Positions 1-9,846 are shown, numbered from the stretch's first letter. The stretch: 64,000 bases of DNA from an uncultured Candidatus Rokubacteria bacterium (GCA_963762145.1 CAVXJS010000021.1:544001-608000), one strand, 5' to 3'. The notes: generated from the letters alone by a model not told the origin. A program made the numbers and translations.

Positions 1-752
1 GGTCCTACAAGAGGCGGCAGGAGACTGCCGATGGAGCCGCGCAGGACGGCATCCGCCAGCGGGTCCATGTCGGTCGGCTCGGCATTGATGATGACGACGC
101 GCGCGCCCGCGTGCCTGGCGACCGGGACCACCCCCGCGATCGGAAACACGGACAGCTTGGTGCCCACCGCGAGCATCAGGTCGCAGCGCGCGGCGGCCTG
201 CTGGGCGCGCTCGAGGTCCTCGGCCACGAGCCCCTGACCGAAGGAGATCGTCGCGGACTTGAGGACGCCGCCGCACGATCGGCAGGGCGGATCGTCCTCC
301 CCCGCGCGCACCCGGGCGAGCGCTCGCTCCATGGGCGCGCGCTCGCCGCAGTCCAGGCACACCACCTCGCGCATGGTCCCGTGGATCTCGACCACCCGGT
401 CGGGCGAGGAGCCGGCGGCCTGATGGAGCCCGTCCACGTTCTGGGTGATGAGCGTGTCGAGCTTGCCCCGCCGCTCGAGCTCGACGAAGGCCCGGTGTCC
501 CGCATTGGGCTCGGCCTTCCACACCGGTGAGTCGAGGCGGCTGCGCCAGGAGCGCTTGCGCACCTCGGAATCGGCCAGGTAGTTCTGCAGCGTGGCGAGC
601 TTCTCCGCGCCGGGATCCCGGGTCCAGACGCCCTGCGGGCCGCGGAAGTCGGGGATGCCGGAGTCGGTGGAGATGCCGGCGCCGGTCAGGGCCACGATGC
701 GCTCGGCCTCGTCGATCCAGGCCCGGACGTCGCGAGGAGTCGGCTCTGGCAT
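1..752 (-). CDS. cobB: Sir2/CobB-family NAD-dependent deacylase (3' end runs off the window)
   Basis: Manual translation from ATG 752: ALTGAGISTDSGIPDFRG, ITQNVDGLH, HGT and VGTSL-like motifs. No stop before position 1, so it is absent from the ORF track. Confidence 0.9.
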   Translation of the reverse strand, partial: MPEPTPRDVRAWIDEAERIVALTGAGISTDSGIPDFRGPQGVWTRDPGAEKLATLQNYLADSEVRKRSWRSRLDSPVWKAEPNAGHRAFVELERRGKLDTLITQNVDGLHQAAGSSPDRVVEIHGTMREVVCLDCGERAPMERALARVRAGEDDPPCRSCGGVLKSATISFGQGLVAEDLERAQQAAARCDLMLAVGTKLSVFPIAGVVPVARHAGARVVIINAEPTDMDPLADAVLRGSIGSLLPPLVG

Positions 753-807
753 CCCGGGAGCCTAGCACGGCCCGGGCGGCGGACCGAGGCTCTGGATTTC
801 AAAGTAC

Positions 808-837
808 TTGACACAATGAATCGAGCCACGCTATACG
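808..837 (+). promoter_or_regulatory. sigma70-type promoter, probably leaderless, for the 845-4086 operon
   Basis: TTGACA (808-813), 18-nt spacer, TATACG (832-837), 7 nt before ATG 845; no SD. Confidence 0.6.
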
Positions 838-844
838 TGAATCG

Positions 845-1450
845 ATGACGTCTTCGAACCAGCCCCTCTCCGAATCCCCCGCGCTCCACGCCCGCGCGAT
901 GGCCGATCTTCGCTTCATCCGGGAGACCATGGAGAACGTCTCCTCGTTCTCGGCGTTCTCCGGCTGGGGCTTGATCCTGATCGGCGTCATCGCGACCGCC
1001 TCCGGGATCCTGGCGGCGCGACAACCCACCCACCTGGGCTGGCTGACGGCGTGGGTGGCGGCCGCCGCCGTCTCGGCGCTGATCGGCGCGTTCTCCACCG
1101 CGCGGAAGACGCACGCCGCTCGTCAGCCGCTGATCCCGGGGCCGGCCAGCAAGTTCGCCCTGAGTCTCGCCCCCGCGGTCATCTCGGGGGCCCTTCTGAC
1201 GGGAGCCCTCGCGCGGGCCGAGCGCTTCGATCTCCTGCCGGGGACGTGGCTCCTGCTCTACGGAGCCGGGCTCGTCGCGGCCGGCGCCTGGTCGGTGCGG
1301 GTCGTCCCGATCATCGGCATCACGTTCATGAGTCTGGGCGCGGTGGGGTTGCTGCTGCCCCTCCCGTGGAGCAACTGGCTCCTGGTCGGCGGCTTCGGCG
1401 GTCTGCACGTCGCCTTCGGCGTGATCGTGGGGAGGAAGCACGGTGGCTGA
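845..1450 (+). CDS. Integral membrane protein, about 6 TM segments, function unknown
   Basis: Hydrophobic segments; overlaps the downstream regulator start. Confidence 0.8.
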   Translation: MTSSNQPLSESPALHARAMADLRFIRETMENVSSFSAFSGWGLILIGVIATASGILAARQPTHLGWLTAWVAAAAVSALIGAFSTARKTHAARQPLIPGPASKFALSLAPAVISGALLTGALARAERFDLLPGTWLLLYGAGLVAAGAWSVRVVPIIGITFMSLGAVGLLLPLPWSNWLLVGGFGGLHVAFGVIVGRKHGG

Positions 1451-1844
1451 TTCGAGCGCGGCGCGACGGCAGCGATCGGAGGCTTCGGCGGGGCGGGCCT
1501 CGTCGCCGCGGGCCGCCGGCGGGCGCGGCACGCCGCGAGGGTCGGGGAGCCTCGACAACCTCGTCCATCACCGCATCCGTCTCGGCATCGTGAGCGCCCT
1601 CGCCGCCGCCGAATCGCTCACGTTCAACGAGATCAAGGCGCTCCTGGAGACGACGGACGGCAACCTGAGCGTGCACGCCCGCAAGCTCGAGGAAGCGGAG
1701 TACGTCACCTGCACCAAGACCTTCGACGGTCGGCGGCCGCGGACCGAGTACCGCCTCACCCCGGTCGGCCGCCGCGAGCTCACCCGGTACCTGACCCACA
1801 TGGAAGCGCTGATCCGGGCGACGCGGGACACGCTCAAGCGCTGA
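1443..1844 (+). CDS. Winged-helix transcriptional regulator (HTH_34/MarR-ArsR-like)
   Basis: IRLGIVSAL...LTFNEIK..TDGNLSVHARKLEEAEYV..RPRTEYRLT. Confidence 0.88.
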   Translation: MADSSAARRQRSEASAGRASSPRAAGGRGTPRGSGSLDNLVHHRIRLGIVSALAAAESLTFNEIKALLETTDGNLSVHARKLEEAEYVTCTKTFDGRRPRTEYRLTPVGRRELTRYLTHMEALIRATRDTLKR

Positions 1845-1871
1845 CGCGGAACCAAATTTTTTTGCCAGGAG

Positions 1872-1892
1872 ACTTTGACATGCAAAGTACTT
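1872..1892. promoter_or_regulatory. Palindromic operator candidate overlapping the uppS start
   Basis: Perfect ACTTTG-N5-CAAAGT followed by ACTT. A related copy, GCTCTG-N5-CAAAGTACTT, lies at 790-809 abutting the operon -35. Confidence 0.6.
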
Positions 1893-2599
1893 CGCACCCT
1901 CGACACCCGGGACTCCACGTGGCCGTCATCATGGACGGCAACGGACGGTGGGCCCTCGACCGCGGGCTCCCGCGCGCGGCCGGACACCATGCGGGGGTCG
2001 ACGCGATCCGGCGGGTCGTCGAGGCCGCGCCCGGCGTCGGGATCGGCACCCTGACCCTGTTCGCCTTCTCCTCCGACAACTGGGCCCGGCCGGTGGAGGA
2101 GGTGCAGATCCTGATGGGGCTGTTCGAGCGGTTCCTGCGAGACGAAGCGGCACCGCTGCTCGCCCACGACGTGCGACTGTCCGTGATCGGGCGCCGGGAC
2201 CGGCTGCCCTCCAGGGTGGTCTCGGCGATCTCGGCCGCCGAGACGATCACGGCGCGAGCGAATCGCCTGCACCTCCGGGTCGCCGTCGACTACTCCTCGC
2301 GCGACGCGATCCTCGAGGCGGCCCGTCTCGGCCGGCTCGACCACCTGACGCGCGAGAGCTTCGCGCATCGACTCGGAGAGGCCCACGGCGCGCCCGCGCC
2401 CGACGTGGAGCTGCTGATCCGCACCGGCGGCGAGCAGCGCCTGAGCGACTTTCTCCTGTGGGAAAGCGCGTACGCCGAGTTCTTCTTCACGGCTCGCATG
2501 TGGCCCGACTTCCACGGGGACGACCTCGCGGCGGCCGTCGCCGAGTTCCGGACGCGGGACCGCCGCTTCGGCGCCCTGTCGGAATCGGGGAAGCGGTGA
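1880..2599 (+). CDS. uppS: cis-prenyltransferase / undecaprenyl diphosphate synthase
   Basis: IMDGNGRWA, FAFSSDNWARP, IRTGGEQRLSDFLLWESAYAE; SD AGGAG before ATG 1880. Confidence 0.92.
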   Translation: MQSTSHPRHPGLHVAVIMDGNGRWALDRGLPRAAGHHAGVDAIRRVVEAAPGVGIGTLTLFAFSSDNWARPVEEVQILMGLFERFLRDEAAPLLAHDVRLSVIGRRDRLPSRVVSAISAAETITARANRLHLRVAVDYSSRDAILEAARLGRLDHLTRESFAHRLGEAHGAPAPDVELLIRTGGEQRLSDFLLWESAYAEFFFTARMWPDFHGDDLAAAVAEFRTRDRRFGALSESGKR

Positions 2600-4086
2600 G
2601 CCTCATGGCACGCCCGCTCCTGCTGTGGTCCGTCGCGCTCGCGCTGGGAGGGCTCGGCACCGGCGTCCTGTTCGACGCGGCCCCCGGACTCAACTGGGGC
2701 GCGTGGACACTGGCCGTCGTCAGCGGCATCCTGCTCTGCGCCCGGGTGGCGCCCTCGCCGATGCGGGCCTCCCTCCTGCCGCTCGCCCTCGCGGTGGCCT
2801 TCGCGGCGGCGGCGGCCATCACCGTCGCGCCGGCCGCTCATGCCGTCATCGTCGGCGCGGTGGCCGTGCTCCTGGCGATCGCGGTGCTCCTGGCCGGCGA
2901 CTTGGGGTGGAAGCGGCTGACCGCGCCCTTCATGCTGTGGGCGCCCGCGGCGGCACCCCTCCTGGTGCTCGCGGAGGCGATCCGACGCGCCCACGAGATG
3001 ATCGGGCTCGTCGCGACGCCTCGCTACCGGCCGCTCTGCCGGGGCGCGCTCCTGGCGCTTCCGGTGGTGGGCCTGTTCACGCTGATCCTCGCCAACGCCG
3101 ATCCCGTGCTCGCCACCCTGCGCGATGGCCTGACCGAGGCGCTGGCCCGCCTGGAATTCGTGCCCCGGCTCATGTTCTGGGGCGCCCTCTTCGCCCTTGC
3201 CCTGGGAGGCGGCGGGATCGTCATGCGCCGGGCGAGCGTCCCGGCTCCGGCGTTCGTGGAGCCGGCTCCGGCCCCGCGCCTCGCCGACACCGAGCGCCTC
3301 GTCGTGCTCGGCGCGGTCGGCACCCTCTTCGCCGCGTTCCTCCTCCTGCAGCTGAGCTACCTGTTCGGCAACGCCCCGGTCGTCGCGGGATCGGGCGTGA
3401 CGTTCTCGGAATACGCCCGCCGGGGATTCGCCGAGCTGAGCACGGTGGCGACCCTCTGCACGATTTTGCTGGTGACCCTCGAGCACTGGGCCGCGCGCGG
3501 CCCGCGCGAGCGGTGGGCGCGCCTCCTGGCCATCGCGGTCGTCGTCGAGGTCGAGATCCTCCTGATCTCGGCGCTCCGCCGCCTCTGGCTCTACGAGTCC
3601 GCCTACGGGTTCACGACCGCGCGGCTCTACGCCCACGTCTACATGGTCGGGGTCGCGCTCTTCCTCGGGCTGCTCGGCTGGCGGCTGTCCCGCGGCTTGA
3701 AGGCGGGGTGGCTCGCGCGGCGCGCGGCCGCGATCGCCGCCGTCGCGATGATCGTGCTGATCTACTGGAACCACGAAGCGTGGATCGTCCGTCAGAACGC
3801 GGGACGCTTCCTCCGGACCGGACAGCTCGACACCGCGTATCTGGTCTGGGGGCTCTCGCCGAACGCGGCGCCGGCCCTGGTCCGGACGATGCCTCAGCTA
3901 TCGCCCGCCCAGGCCGACGCGGTGCGCGTCGGGCTTCGGCAGCGCTACGGACAGGTCGCCCGCGGCGCTTCGTGCCGCTGGTTCGAGTGGAATCGCGGCC
4001 GGAGCCGCGCGGTGGCCGCGCTCCGGGCGGCGGGGATCGTGGAAGGAGACGTCCAGCTCCATCCTCGCGATTGCGTCGCGCGGTGA
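2596..4086 (+). CDS. DUF4153/DUF4173-type polytopic membrane protein
   Basis: SEYARRGFAEL and RLWLYESAYGFTTARLY motifs; GTG overlaps the uppS stop (alternative ATG 2605). Confidence 0.82.
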   Translation: MSLMARPLLLWSVALALGGLGTGVLFDAAPGLNWGAWTLAVVSGILLCARVAPSPMRASLLPLALAVAFAAAAAITVAPAAHAVIVGAVAVLLAIAVLLAGDLGWKRLTAPFMLWAPAAAPLLVLAEAIRRAHEMIGLVATPRYRPLCRGALLALPVVGLFTLILANADPVLATLRDGLTEALARLEFVPRLMFWGALFALALGGGGIVMRRASVPAPAFVEPAPAPRLADTERLVVLGAVGTLFAAFLLLQLSYLFGNAPVVAGSGVTFSEYARRGFAELSTVATLCTILLVTLEHWAARGPRERWARLLAIAVVVEVEILLISALRRLWLYESAYGFTTARLYAHVYMVGVALFLGLLGWRLSRGLKAGWLARRAAAIAAVAMIVLIYWNHEAWIVRQNAGRFLRTGQLDTAYLVWGLSPNAAPALVRTMPQLSPAQADAVRVGLRQRYGQVARGASCRWFEWNRGRSRAVAALRAAGIVEGDVQLHPRDCVAR

Positions 4087-4092
4087 CGGGGC

Positions 4093-5520
4093 CTAGCGCC
4101 CGCCGCCCAGGACCTTGACCAGGCGGTACAGGAACTCGTGGCCGCCGTACAGCGACTGCACCGGCATCCGCTCGTTGAGCCCGTGCGACCGCGCGTCGTC
4201 GGGACCCAGGAAGAGGCCGGACACGCCGTAGGCGGGAATGCCCGCGTTGCGGAGGAAGCGCGAATCGGTCGCGCCGGTGCTCATGGTGGGGATCACCGGA
4301 ATGCCCGGCCACAGCGCGGTGGTCGTGGCCTCGACCGCCTGCATCAGGTCGGGACGCAGCGACGACGGCTGGCTCAGCTCCGGCTCGGTCATCTGGGTCA
4401 CCGTGATGCCCGGATCGCCCAGGGCCTTCACGATCTCCTCCCGTACGCGGTCGATCGGCTCCCCCGGGAGGACGCGGCAGTTCACGACCGCGCGCGCGGT
4501 CTGGGGCAGCGCGTTGCTCGCGTGGCCGCCCTCGAGGCGCGTGGCCACGCAGGTCGTCCGCATGATCGAGTTGTAGAACGCGTGGACGGCCGAGAGGCGG
4601 GCGGCGGCCTGCGGGTCGGGCGCGCCGTCCTTCGCGACCGCGCGCATGTCGTCGGCCACCGCGCCGGCGTGGAGCGGCGCGCTCCGCTGGAAATAGCCGC
4701 GGGTGATCTCGTTCAGCCTGGCCGGGAACTCGTGGCGCGCGAAGCGCGCGAGCCCTTCCGCGAGCTGATAGATCGCGTTGTCCTTGCGTGGCATCGAGCT
4801 GTGGCCGCCCGGGTTCTTGCTCTCGAGACGGAAGCTCACGGTCACCTTCTCGGCCGCCTGCACGCGGAGCAGCACCGGGCGCCCATCGCGCGTCATCTCG
4901 GCGCCGCCGCCCTCGTTGAGCGCGAGCTCCGCCTCGATCAGGGGGCGGTGGTGCTTGAGGAGCCAGCTCACCCCGTTCCACGGCGAGCGGAGCTCCTCGT
5001 CCGCGGTCAGGGCCAGGATCAGGTCGCGCTCCGGCGCGTAGCCTTCCTTCTTGTAGCGGATCAGGTTGGCCACGAAGATCGCGGCCATCGCCTTGTCGTC
5101 CACCGAGCCGCGCGCGTAGAAGTACCCGTCTTCCTCGACCAGCTTGAACGGATCGCGCTCCCAGTCCTCGCGCCTGGCCTCGACCACGTCGAGATGGGCG
5201 AGCAGGAGCAGCGGTTTCTTCGCCCCGGTCCCCTTGAGCCGCGCCACCAGGTTGCCCTTCCGCGGCGCGCCGGGCGGAACGATGATCTGCAGCTCGGCAT
5301 CTGAAAAGCCACCGGCCTTGAGCCGGGCCGCCATCGCCCGGGCGGCGGCCGTGTTGTCGCCCACCGAGTCGGTGGTGTTGATCTCCACCAGCTCCTTGTA
5401 GATCTCGCGCAGGCGTGTCTGGTCCGGCGTGGGGGGGCCGGGGGGCGGCAGCTGCGCGTGAGCCGTCGCCGGCCACGCGGACAAGAGCAGCGCCAGGACC
5501 AGACCGGAGCCGGGTCTCAT
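4093..5520 (-). CDS. Secreted M20/M25/M40 metallopeptidase
   Basis: Signal peptide; LAHLDVV, ARGSVDDK, ADEE, NEGG, GGHSS, TGATD, HGLNE. Confidence 0.92.
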   Translation of the reverse strand: MRPGSGLVLALLLSAWPATAHAQLPPPGPPTPDQTRLREIYKELVEINTTDSVGDNTAAARAMAARLKAGGFSDAELQIIVPPGAPRKGNLVARLKGTGAKKPLLLLAHLDVVEARREDWERDPFKLVEEDGYFYARGSVDDKAMAAIFVANLIRYKKEGYAPERDLILALTADEELRSPWNGVSWLLKHHRPLIEAELALNEGGGAEMTRDGRPVLLRVQAAEKVTVSFRLESKNPGGHSSMPRKDNAIYQLAEGLARFARHEFPARLNEITRGYFQRSAPLHAGAVADDMRAVAKDGAPDPQAAARLSAVHAFYNSIMRTTCVATRLEGGHASNALPQTARAVVNCRVLPGEPIDRVREEIVKALGDPGITVTQMTEPELSQPSSLRPDLMQAVEATTTALWPGIPVIPTMSTGATDSRFLRNAGIPAYGVSGLFLGPDDARSHGLNERMPVQSLYGGHEFLYRLVKVLGGGR

Positions 5521-5595
5521 CGCGAGTGGTACAGTACCGAACTGCGCCCCGGCCTGTCCATGGATCCCGGCCGCGACGCCTGGAAGGAGCGCGCC

Positions 5596-6684
5596 ATGCA
5601 CTGCTGCGGTCACGGGAGCACGCGGCTCACCTCCACCTCCGCGATGTTCGCCGGGCACGCGGGGACCCGGTCCGACGCGCCGGCGGCGGCCGCGGAGCCG
5701 TACGCCGCCGCGCGGCGCCTGCTCCGCGAGCACGTCTCGATCGACGTGCACACCCACGCGGGCCCGAATGGCATCACCTCCCGCACCGCGCGCCCGAGCG
5801 ACGATCTCGCCCGCGGCATGCGCGCGGGCGGGATCGCGGTGCTCTGCCTGGCCGACGTGCCCGACGGGCCGATCCTCGGGCGCGACGCCGGCAACGTGCT
5901 CCGGGCGCTGCGCGAGCCCGAGCCCGGCTTCCTCTACCAGTACCACCAGGAGCGCCTCGACTGGCTCGATACGCTGACCGCCAAGCACGGCATTCGCCGC
6001 GTCCTCACGGTGGCGGACCTCGAGGCGGCCCACAAGGCCGGCGCCCCCGCGATCATCCTGGACATCGAGGGCCTGGACTTCCTCGAGCGCAAGCTCGAGC
6101 GGCTCGAGGAATCGTACCGGCGCGGGGTCCGCACCATGCAGCTCGTCCACTACACCCCGAACGACATCGGCGATTTCCAGACCGGCCGCGTCACGCACGG
6201 CGGCCTCACCCCCTTCGGGGCCGACGTCATCCGCGCGTGCCACCGGCTCGGCGTCGTCGTGGATGTGGCGCACGCGACCGCCGACACCGTCGAGCAGGCC
6301 GCGAAGGTCGGGAGCAAGCCGCTGCTCCTCTCGCACACCGCGCTGCGGGACTCCCGGGCCCAGGGCGAGACCCCGCTCGTGGAGCGGCAGATCACGCCGG
6401 ATCACGCCCGGACCGTAGCCGGCACGGGCGGCTCCATCGGGATCTGGCACTTCTTCGCGACGCCCGAGCTCTACGTGGACGGGCTGAAGGAGATGGCGGA
6501 CGTGGTCGGCGTGGACCACGTGAGCATCGGCACCGATGCCGCCTCCGGCCCCGGTCTCTTCCCGACCTACGACCGCTTCACGATCCTGGTCGACGCGATG
6601 CTCCGCGGCGGCTTCACTCCCGCCGACACCGCCAAGATCATCGGGGGGAACTATCGGCGGATCTTCGCGGCTTCGGTGCGCTGA
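5596..6684 (+). CDS. Membrane dipeptidase (peptidase M19)
   Basis: IDVHTH, DIEG, GGLTPFG, VDVAH, SHT, IGTD motifs; SD AAGGAG. Confidence 0.88.
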   Translation: MHCCGHGSTRLTSTSAMFAGHAGTRSDAPAAAAEPYAAARRLLREHVSIDVHTHAGPNGITSRTARPSDDLARGMRAGGIAVLCLADVPDGPILGRDAGNVLRALREPEPGFLYQYHQERLDWLDTLTAKHGIRRVLTVADLEAAHKAGAPAIILDIEGLDFLERKLERLEESYRRGVRTMQLVHYTPNDIGDFQTGRVTHGGLTPFGADVIRACHRLGVVVDVAHATADTVEQAAKVGSKPLLLSHTALRDSRAQGETPLVERQITPDHARTVAGTGGSIGIWHFFATPELYVDGLKEMADVVGVDHVSIGTDAASGPGLFPTYDRFTILVDAMLRGGFTPADTAKIIGGNYRRIFAASVR

Positions 6685-6697
6685 GTCTCGCCGAGCC

Positions 6698-6958
6698 TCA
6701 GTGGACGTCGAGCATCGTCAGGAGCTCGCGCGTCAGGCTGACCCGCACCACGTAGTGCGTCTCGGTCGCGAGCACCCTCCACGCCCGCTCGATCTCGCCG
6801 AGCGGGACGTGTCCGGCGCGGAACACGTCGGTCAGCGCGTCCAGCCCTCTCACGCTGCCGAGACTGAGCGCGATCTCGGTGCTGCGTCCCGAGCCGAAGG
6901 TCAGCAGATATTCCGCGCTGACCGGGTCGACGGCCGGCCGCAATCGCGTGATGTACAT
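6698..6958 (-). CDS. Small hypothetical protein
   Basis: ORF MYITRLRP...MLDVH filling the intergenic gap; start uncertain (6958 or 6985). Confidence 0.5.
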   Translation of the reverse strand: MYITRLRPAVDPVSAEYLLTFGSGRSTEIALSLGSVRGLDALTDVFRAGHVPLGEIERAWRVLATETHYVVRVSLTRELLTMLDVH

Positions 6959-7077
6959 TCGACCAGCGCCGCCACGCCGAGCCATCTGAAGCAGGATACA
7001 GATCGAACCGCTGAAGACCGCTTGATGATCGCGTGCGGCCTCGAGCCGACTCGGTAGTTTCTTCCTGACATTCCGCG

Positions 7078-7629
7078 TCAGGATTCACCCTTGTACGCGA
7101 TCGGCTCGGCGAGCGGCGTCCGATCCGGATGGACGTGGCCGCAGCCGCCGCACGTGCGCAGCGCGAGGCTGGCGTCGAAGCGCTCGATGGCGGCCTTCAG
7201 CTCCCCCTCGATGTCGGCCACGTGCATCGTCACCTCGTGGAGGCGCCGATCGCACCGCTCGCAGAACCACAGGAGGGACTCGGTCTGCTCGGGCCGCCGC
7301 TTCACCTCGACCACCAGGCCCCAGGTGTCGGCCGGGCGGTGCGGGGAATGCGGCACGAGCGCCGGCAGCAGGCACAGCTCGCCCTCCCGGATGATCTGCT
7401 CGTGCCGCCGGCCGGCCTCCATGTACTCGAGCCGCATCGCGCCGCGCAGCATGTAGAAGATCTCGTCGGAGGGATCCACGTGGAAGTCGCGGCGGGCATT
7501 CGGCCCGCGGACCACCATCGCGGTGAACTGCGAATCCTCCCAGATCACCTTGTTGCCGACCGGCGGCTCGAAGGTGGCCCGGTTCTGGTCGATCCACTGC
7601 CATAGGTTGAAGGCGACGAGGCCGCGCAT
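7078..7629 (-). CDS. nbaC: 3-hydroxyanthranilate 3,4-dioxygenase
   Basis: PPVGNK, GPNARRDFHVD..EIFY, VPHSPHRP; rubredoxin-like CERC/CGGC. Confidence 0.92.
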   Translation of the reverse strand: MRGLVAFNLWQWIDQNRATFEPPVGNKVIWEDSQFTAMVVRGPNARRDFHVDPSDEIFYMLRGAMRLEYMEAGRRHEQIIREGELCLLPALVPHSPHRPADTWGLVVEVKRRPEQTESLLWFCERCDRRLHEVTMHVADIEGELKAAIERFDASLALRTCGGCGHVHPDRTPLAEPIAYKGES

Positions 7630-7631
7630 GG

Positions 7632-8069
7632 TCACCTCCGCAGGTAGATCACCAGCGAGACGAGGCTCATCACCACCTCCCCCTGCTGGTTCATGATCCG
7701 GCTCTCGATCTTCACGGTGCCCCGGTCGGGCCGGCTCCGCGACGCGATCTTCTCGCGAATCTCCGACTCCACCGAGAGCACGTCGCCCGGCCGCACCGGC
7801 CGGATCCACTTGAGATCGTCGAACCCGATGGCCCCGGAGGTGGCGTGCACGGGGGTCATGTGCTCGACCACCATGCGGATGAACATGGCCCCGGTGTGCC
7901 AGCCGCTCGCGATGAGCCCGCCGAACATGCTGGCCTTCGCCGCGTCCTCGTCCAGGTGGAAGGGCTGCGGGTCGAACTGCCGTGCGTACTCGACGATCTC
8001 GTCCCGGGTGACCTCGTAGCGTCCGAAGCGCATGACGTCGCCGACCTGCACGTCGTCGAAGTACTTCAT
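7632..8069 (-). CDS. MaoC-family dehydratase
   Basis: YFDD..FDPQPFH..FGGLIASGWHT..PVRPGD. Confidence 0.9.
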   Translation of the reverse strand: MKYFDDVQVGDVMRFGRYEVTRDEIVEYARQFDPQPFHLDEDAAKASMFGGLIASGWHTGAMFIRMVVEHMTPVHATSGAIGFDDLKWIRPVRPGDVLSVESEIREKIASRSRPDRGTVKIESRIMNQQGEVVMSLVSLVIYLRR

Positions 8070-8512
8070 GCCGCCGGCCGCCGCCGGTACATGGTGATCC
8101 CCACCACCGACACCACCACCTCGCCGTGCTGGTTGACCAGCTCGTTGCGGCGCCGGATGAAGCCGATCGGCTTGCTCCGCGAGGGCCAGGTCTCGAGGAC
8201 CTCGGTGCGTCCGGTCAGCACGTCGCCCGGCCGCACCGGCTTGGGCCAGCGGCAGGAGTCGAGGCCGGGCGAGCCGGTGGCGGCCGCCTCTTCCCGGCGG
8301 TTCGCGTCCACCGAGAGGCGCATCAGGAGGGCGCAGGTGTGCCAGCCGCTCGCGATGAGCCCGCCGAAGATGGTCCCCCGCGCCGCCTCCGGGTCGGTGT
8401 GAAACGGCTGCGGATCGTACTTGCGCGCGAAGGCGAGCACCTCGGCCTCCGTGATCGAGCACGAGCCGAGCTCGATGACCTCCCCCACCACGAAGTCTTC
8501 CCAGTACTTCAC
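8066..8512 (-). CDS. MaoC-family dehydratase (tandem paralog)
   Basis: YWEDF..YDPQPFH..FGGLIASGWHT..PVRPGD; GTG start overlaps the upstream stop. Confidence 0.9.
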   Translation of the reverse strand: MKYWEDFVVGEVIELGSCSITEAEVLAFARKYDPQPFHTDPEAARGTIFGGLIASGWHTCALLMRLSVDANRREEAAATGSPGLDSCRWPKPVRPGDVLTGRTEVLETWPSRSKPIGFIRRRNELVNQHGEVVVSVVGITMYRRRPAA

Positions 8513-9060
8513 CCGACCGTCCTTTCCCGCGCCCCCGCGCGACGCAACCCGAACAGGATAAGGCCGATCGCCAGGGCCGGCGGCCAGATCCATCGCAGCT
8601 CCGAGCCCAGCACGGTCAGTCCCCGCGCCGAGAGAAACCGGGCCACCGAGATCGGCGAGGCCTCGACCACCCGCAGGGCGTCGGGCGCCCAGAAGCGCTC
8701 GCCCGACCAGGGCCAGAGGAATGCCACCCCGAGCCCGCCGTTGGTGAAGGCGTCCAGCACGCCGTGGGAGGCGGTGGCCGCGAACAGGAAGAGAAAGGCC
8801 CGCGCGACGCCGGCGCCGAGGAGGCGGTGGCCGGCGGCGCCGGCGAGCCCTACCAGGGCCGCGAAGAACAGGGAGTGGCTGAAGCCGCGATGGCCCAGGT
8901 CGGCGGAGTACGGGATCCCGAGCTGAAACGTGACGACGTCCAGATCGGGAACTACCGCGGCGACCACGCCGGCCACCAGCAGCCGTCGCGGGATGGTCGC
9001 CCGCCCGAGGCCCAGCCCGAGCGCCAGCGGGACCGCCGCGTGGGAGAAGACGGTCGGCAT
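8509..9060 (-). CDS. YdjM-like inner-membrane metal-dependent hydrolase
   Basis: SH..PDLD..GHRGFSHS..SHGVLDAFTNGG.GV. Confidence 0.88.
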   Translation of the reverse strand: MPTVFSHAAVPLALGLGLGRATIPRRLLVAGVVAAVVPDLDVVTFQLGIPYSADLGHRGFSHSLFFAALVGLAGAAGHRLLGAGVARAFLFLFAATASHGVLDAFTNGGLGVAFLWPWSGERFWAPDALRVVEASPISVARFLSARGLTVLGSELRWIWPPALAIGLILFGLRRAGARERTVG

Positions 9061-9065
9061 CCCGG

Positions 9066-9827
9066 CTAGCGCAGCTCGAACTCGAAGGTACTGACCACCC
9101 GGATGCGCTTCATCGGAGTGCTGGTCGGGCTGAACGGGCCCGACTCGTCGTTGCCGGTCGTCCCGAAGATCTGGATCGAGCCCTGGTTGGCGGAGCGGAT
9201 CACGCCCACCTGCGCCCCCGAGTCGGCCGCGAACTGCTGGGCGGTCGCGCGGGCATTCTTGGTGGCATCGGCCAGGAGCTGGGGCCGCAGGTCGTTGAAC
9301 TTGGAGACCACGTAGCGCGGATTGGCCGCGCCCTCGCGCTCGCCGTCCAGGATGACACCGGCCTTGAGCAGCTCCTCGGTGGCGCCGAGGGCGGTCCCCA
9401 CCAGGTCCACGTTGGCGGTCTTCACCACCACCGAGGTCGTCACCACGTAGCGGAACCGGTCGGCGGCCTGCGGCTGGCCGTACTCCCGGGCGAGCTTGTC
9501 CACCGTGCGGGTGGGCTGCCGCTCGATCTCGGTCTCGGCGAAGCCCTGCTTGCGCAGGAAGGCCACCGCCGCGTCACGGTCCGCGCTGATGCGGGTGTGC
9601 GCGTCCTGCAGGCTCTCGCTGGCCCGGCGCAGGCCGAGCGTCCAGACCGCCTGGTCTGCCTTGACCTCCCGCTCCACCAGTCCTTTCACCGTGACGACAC
9701 GGCTGTCGGACCGGAACCGCATCGCCCCCTTGCCGACGAAGTAGCCGCCGAGCGCCAATCCCACCACGAGGCAGAGCCCCACGATGACCGCGGGCAGCAC
9801 CGCCGACCGATTCTCACTGGATGCCAT
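9066..9827 (-). CDS. SIMPL (DUF541) domain protein
   Basis: N-terminal TM; VTVKGLVEREVKAD, ATKNARATAQQFAADSG, IRSANQG. Confidence 0.88.
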   Translation of the reverse strand: MASSENRSAVLPAVIVGLCLVVGLALGGYFVGKGAMRFRSDSRVVTVKGLVEREVKADQAVWTLGLRRASESLQDAHTRISADRDAAVAFLRKQGFAETEIERQPTRTVDKLAREYGQPQAADRFRYVVTTSVVVKTANVDLVGTALGATEELLKAGVILDGEREGAANPRYVVSKFNDLRPQLLADATKNARATAQQFAADSGAQVGVIRSANQGSIQIFGTTGNDESGPFSPTSTPMKRIRVVSTFEFELR

Positions 9828-9846
9828 GGATTCCTCCCGGGTCGAG

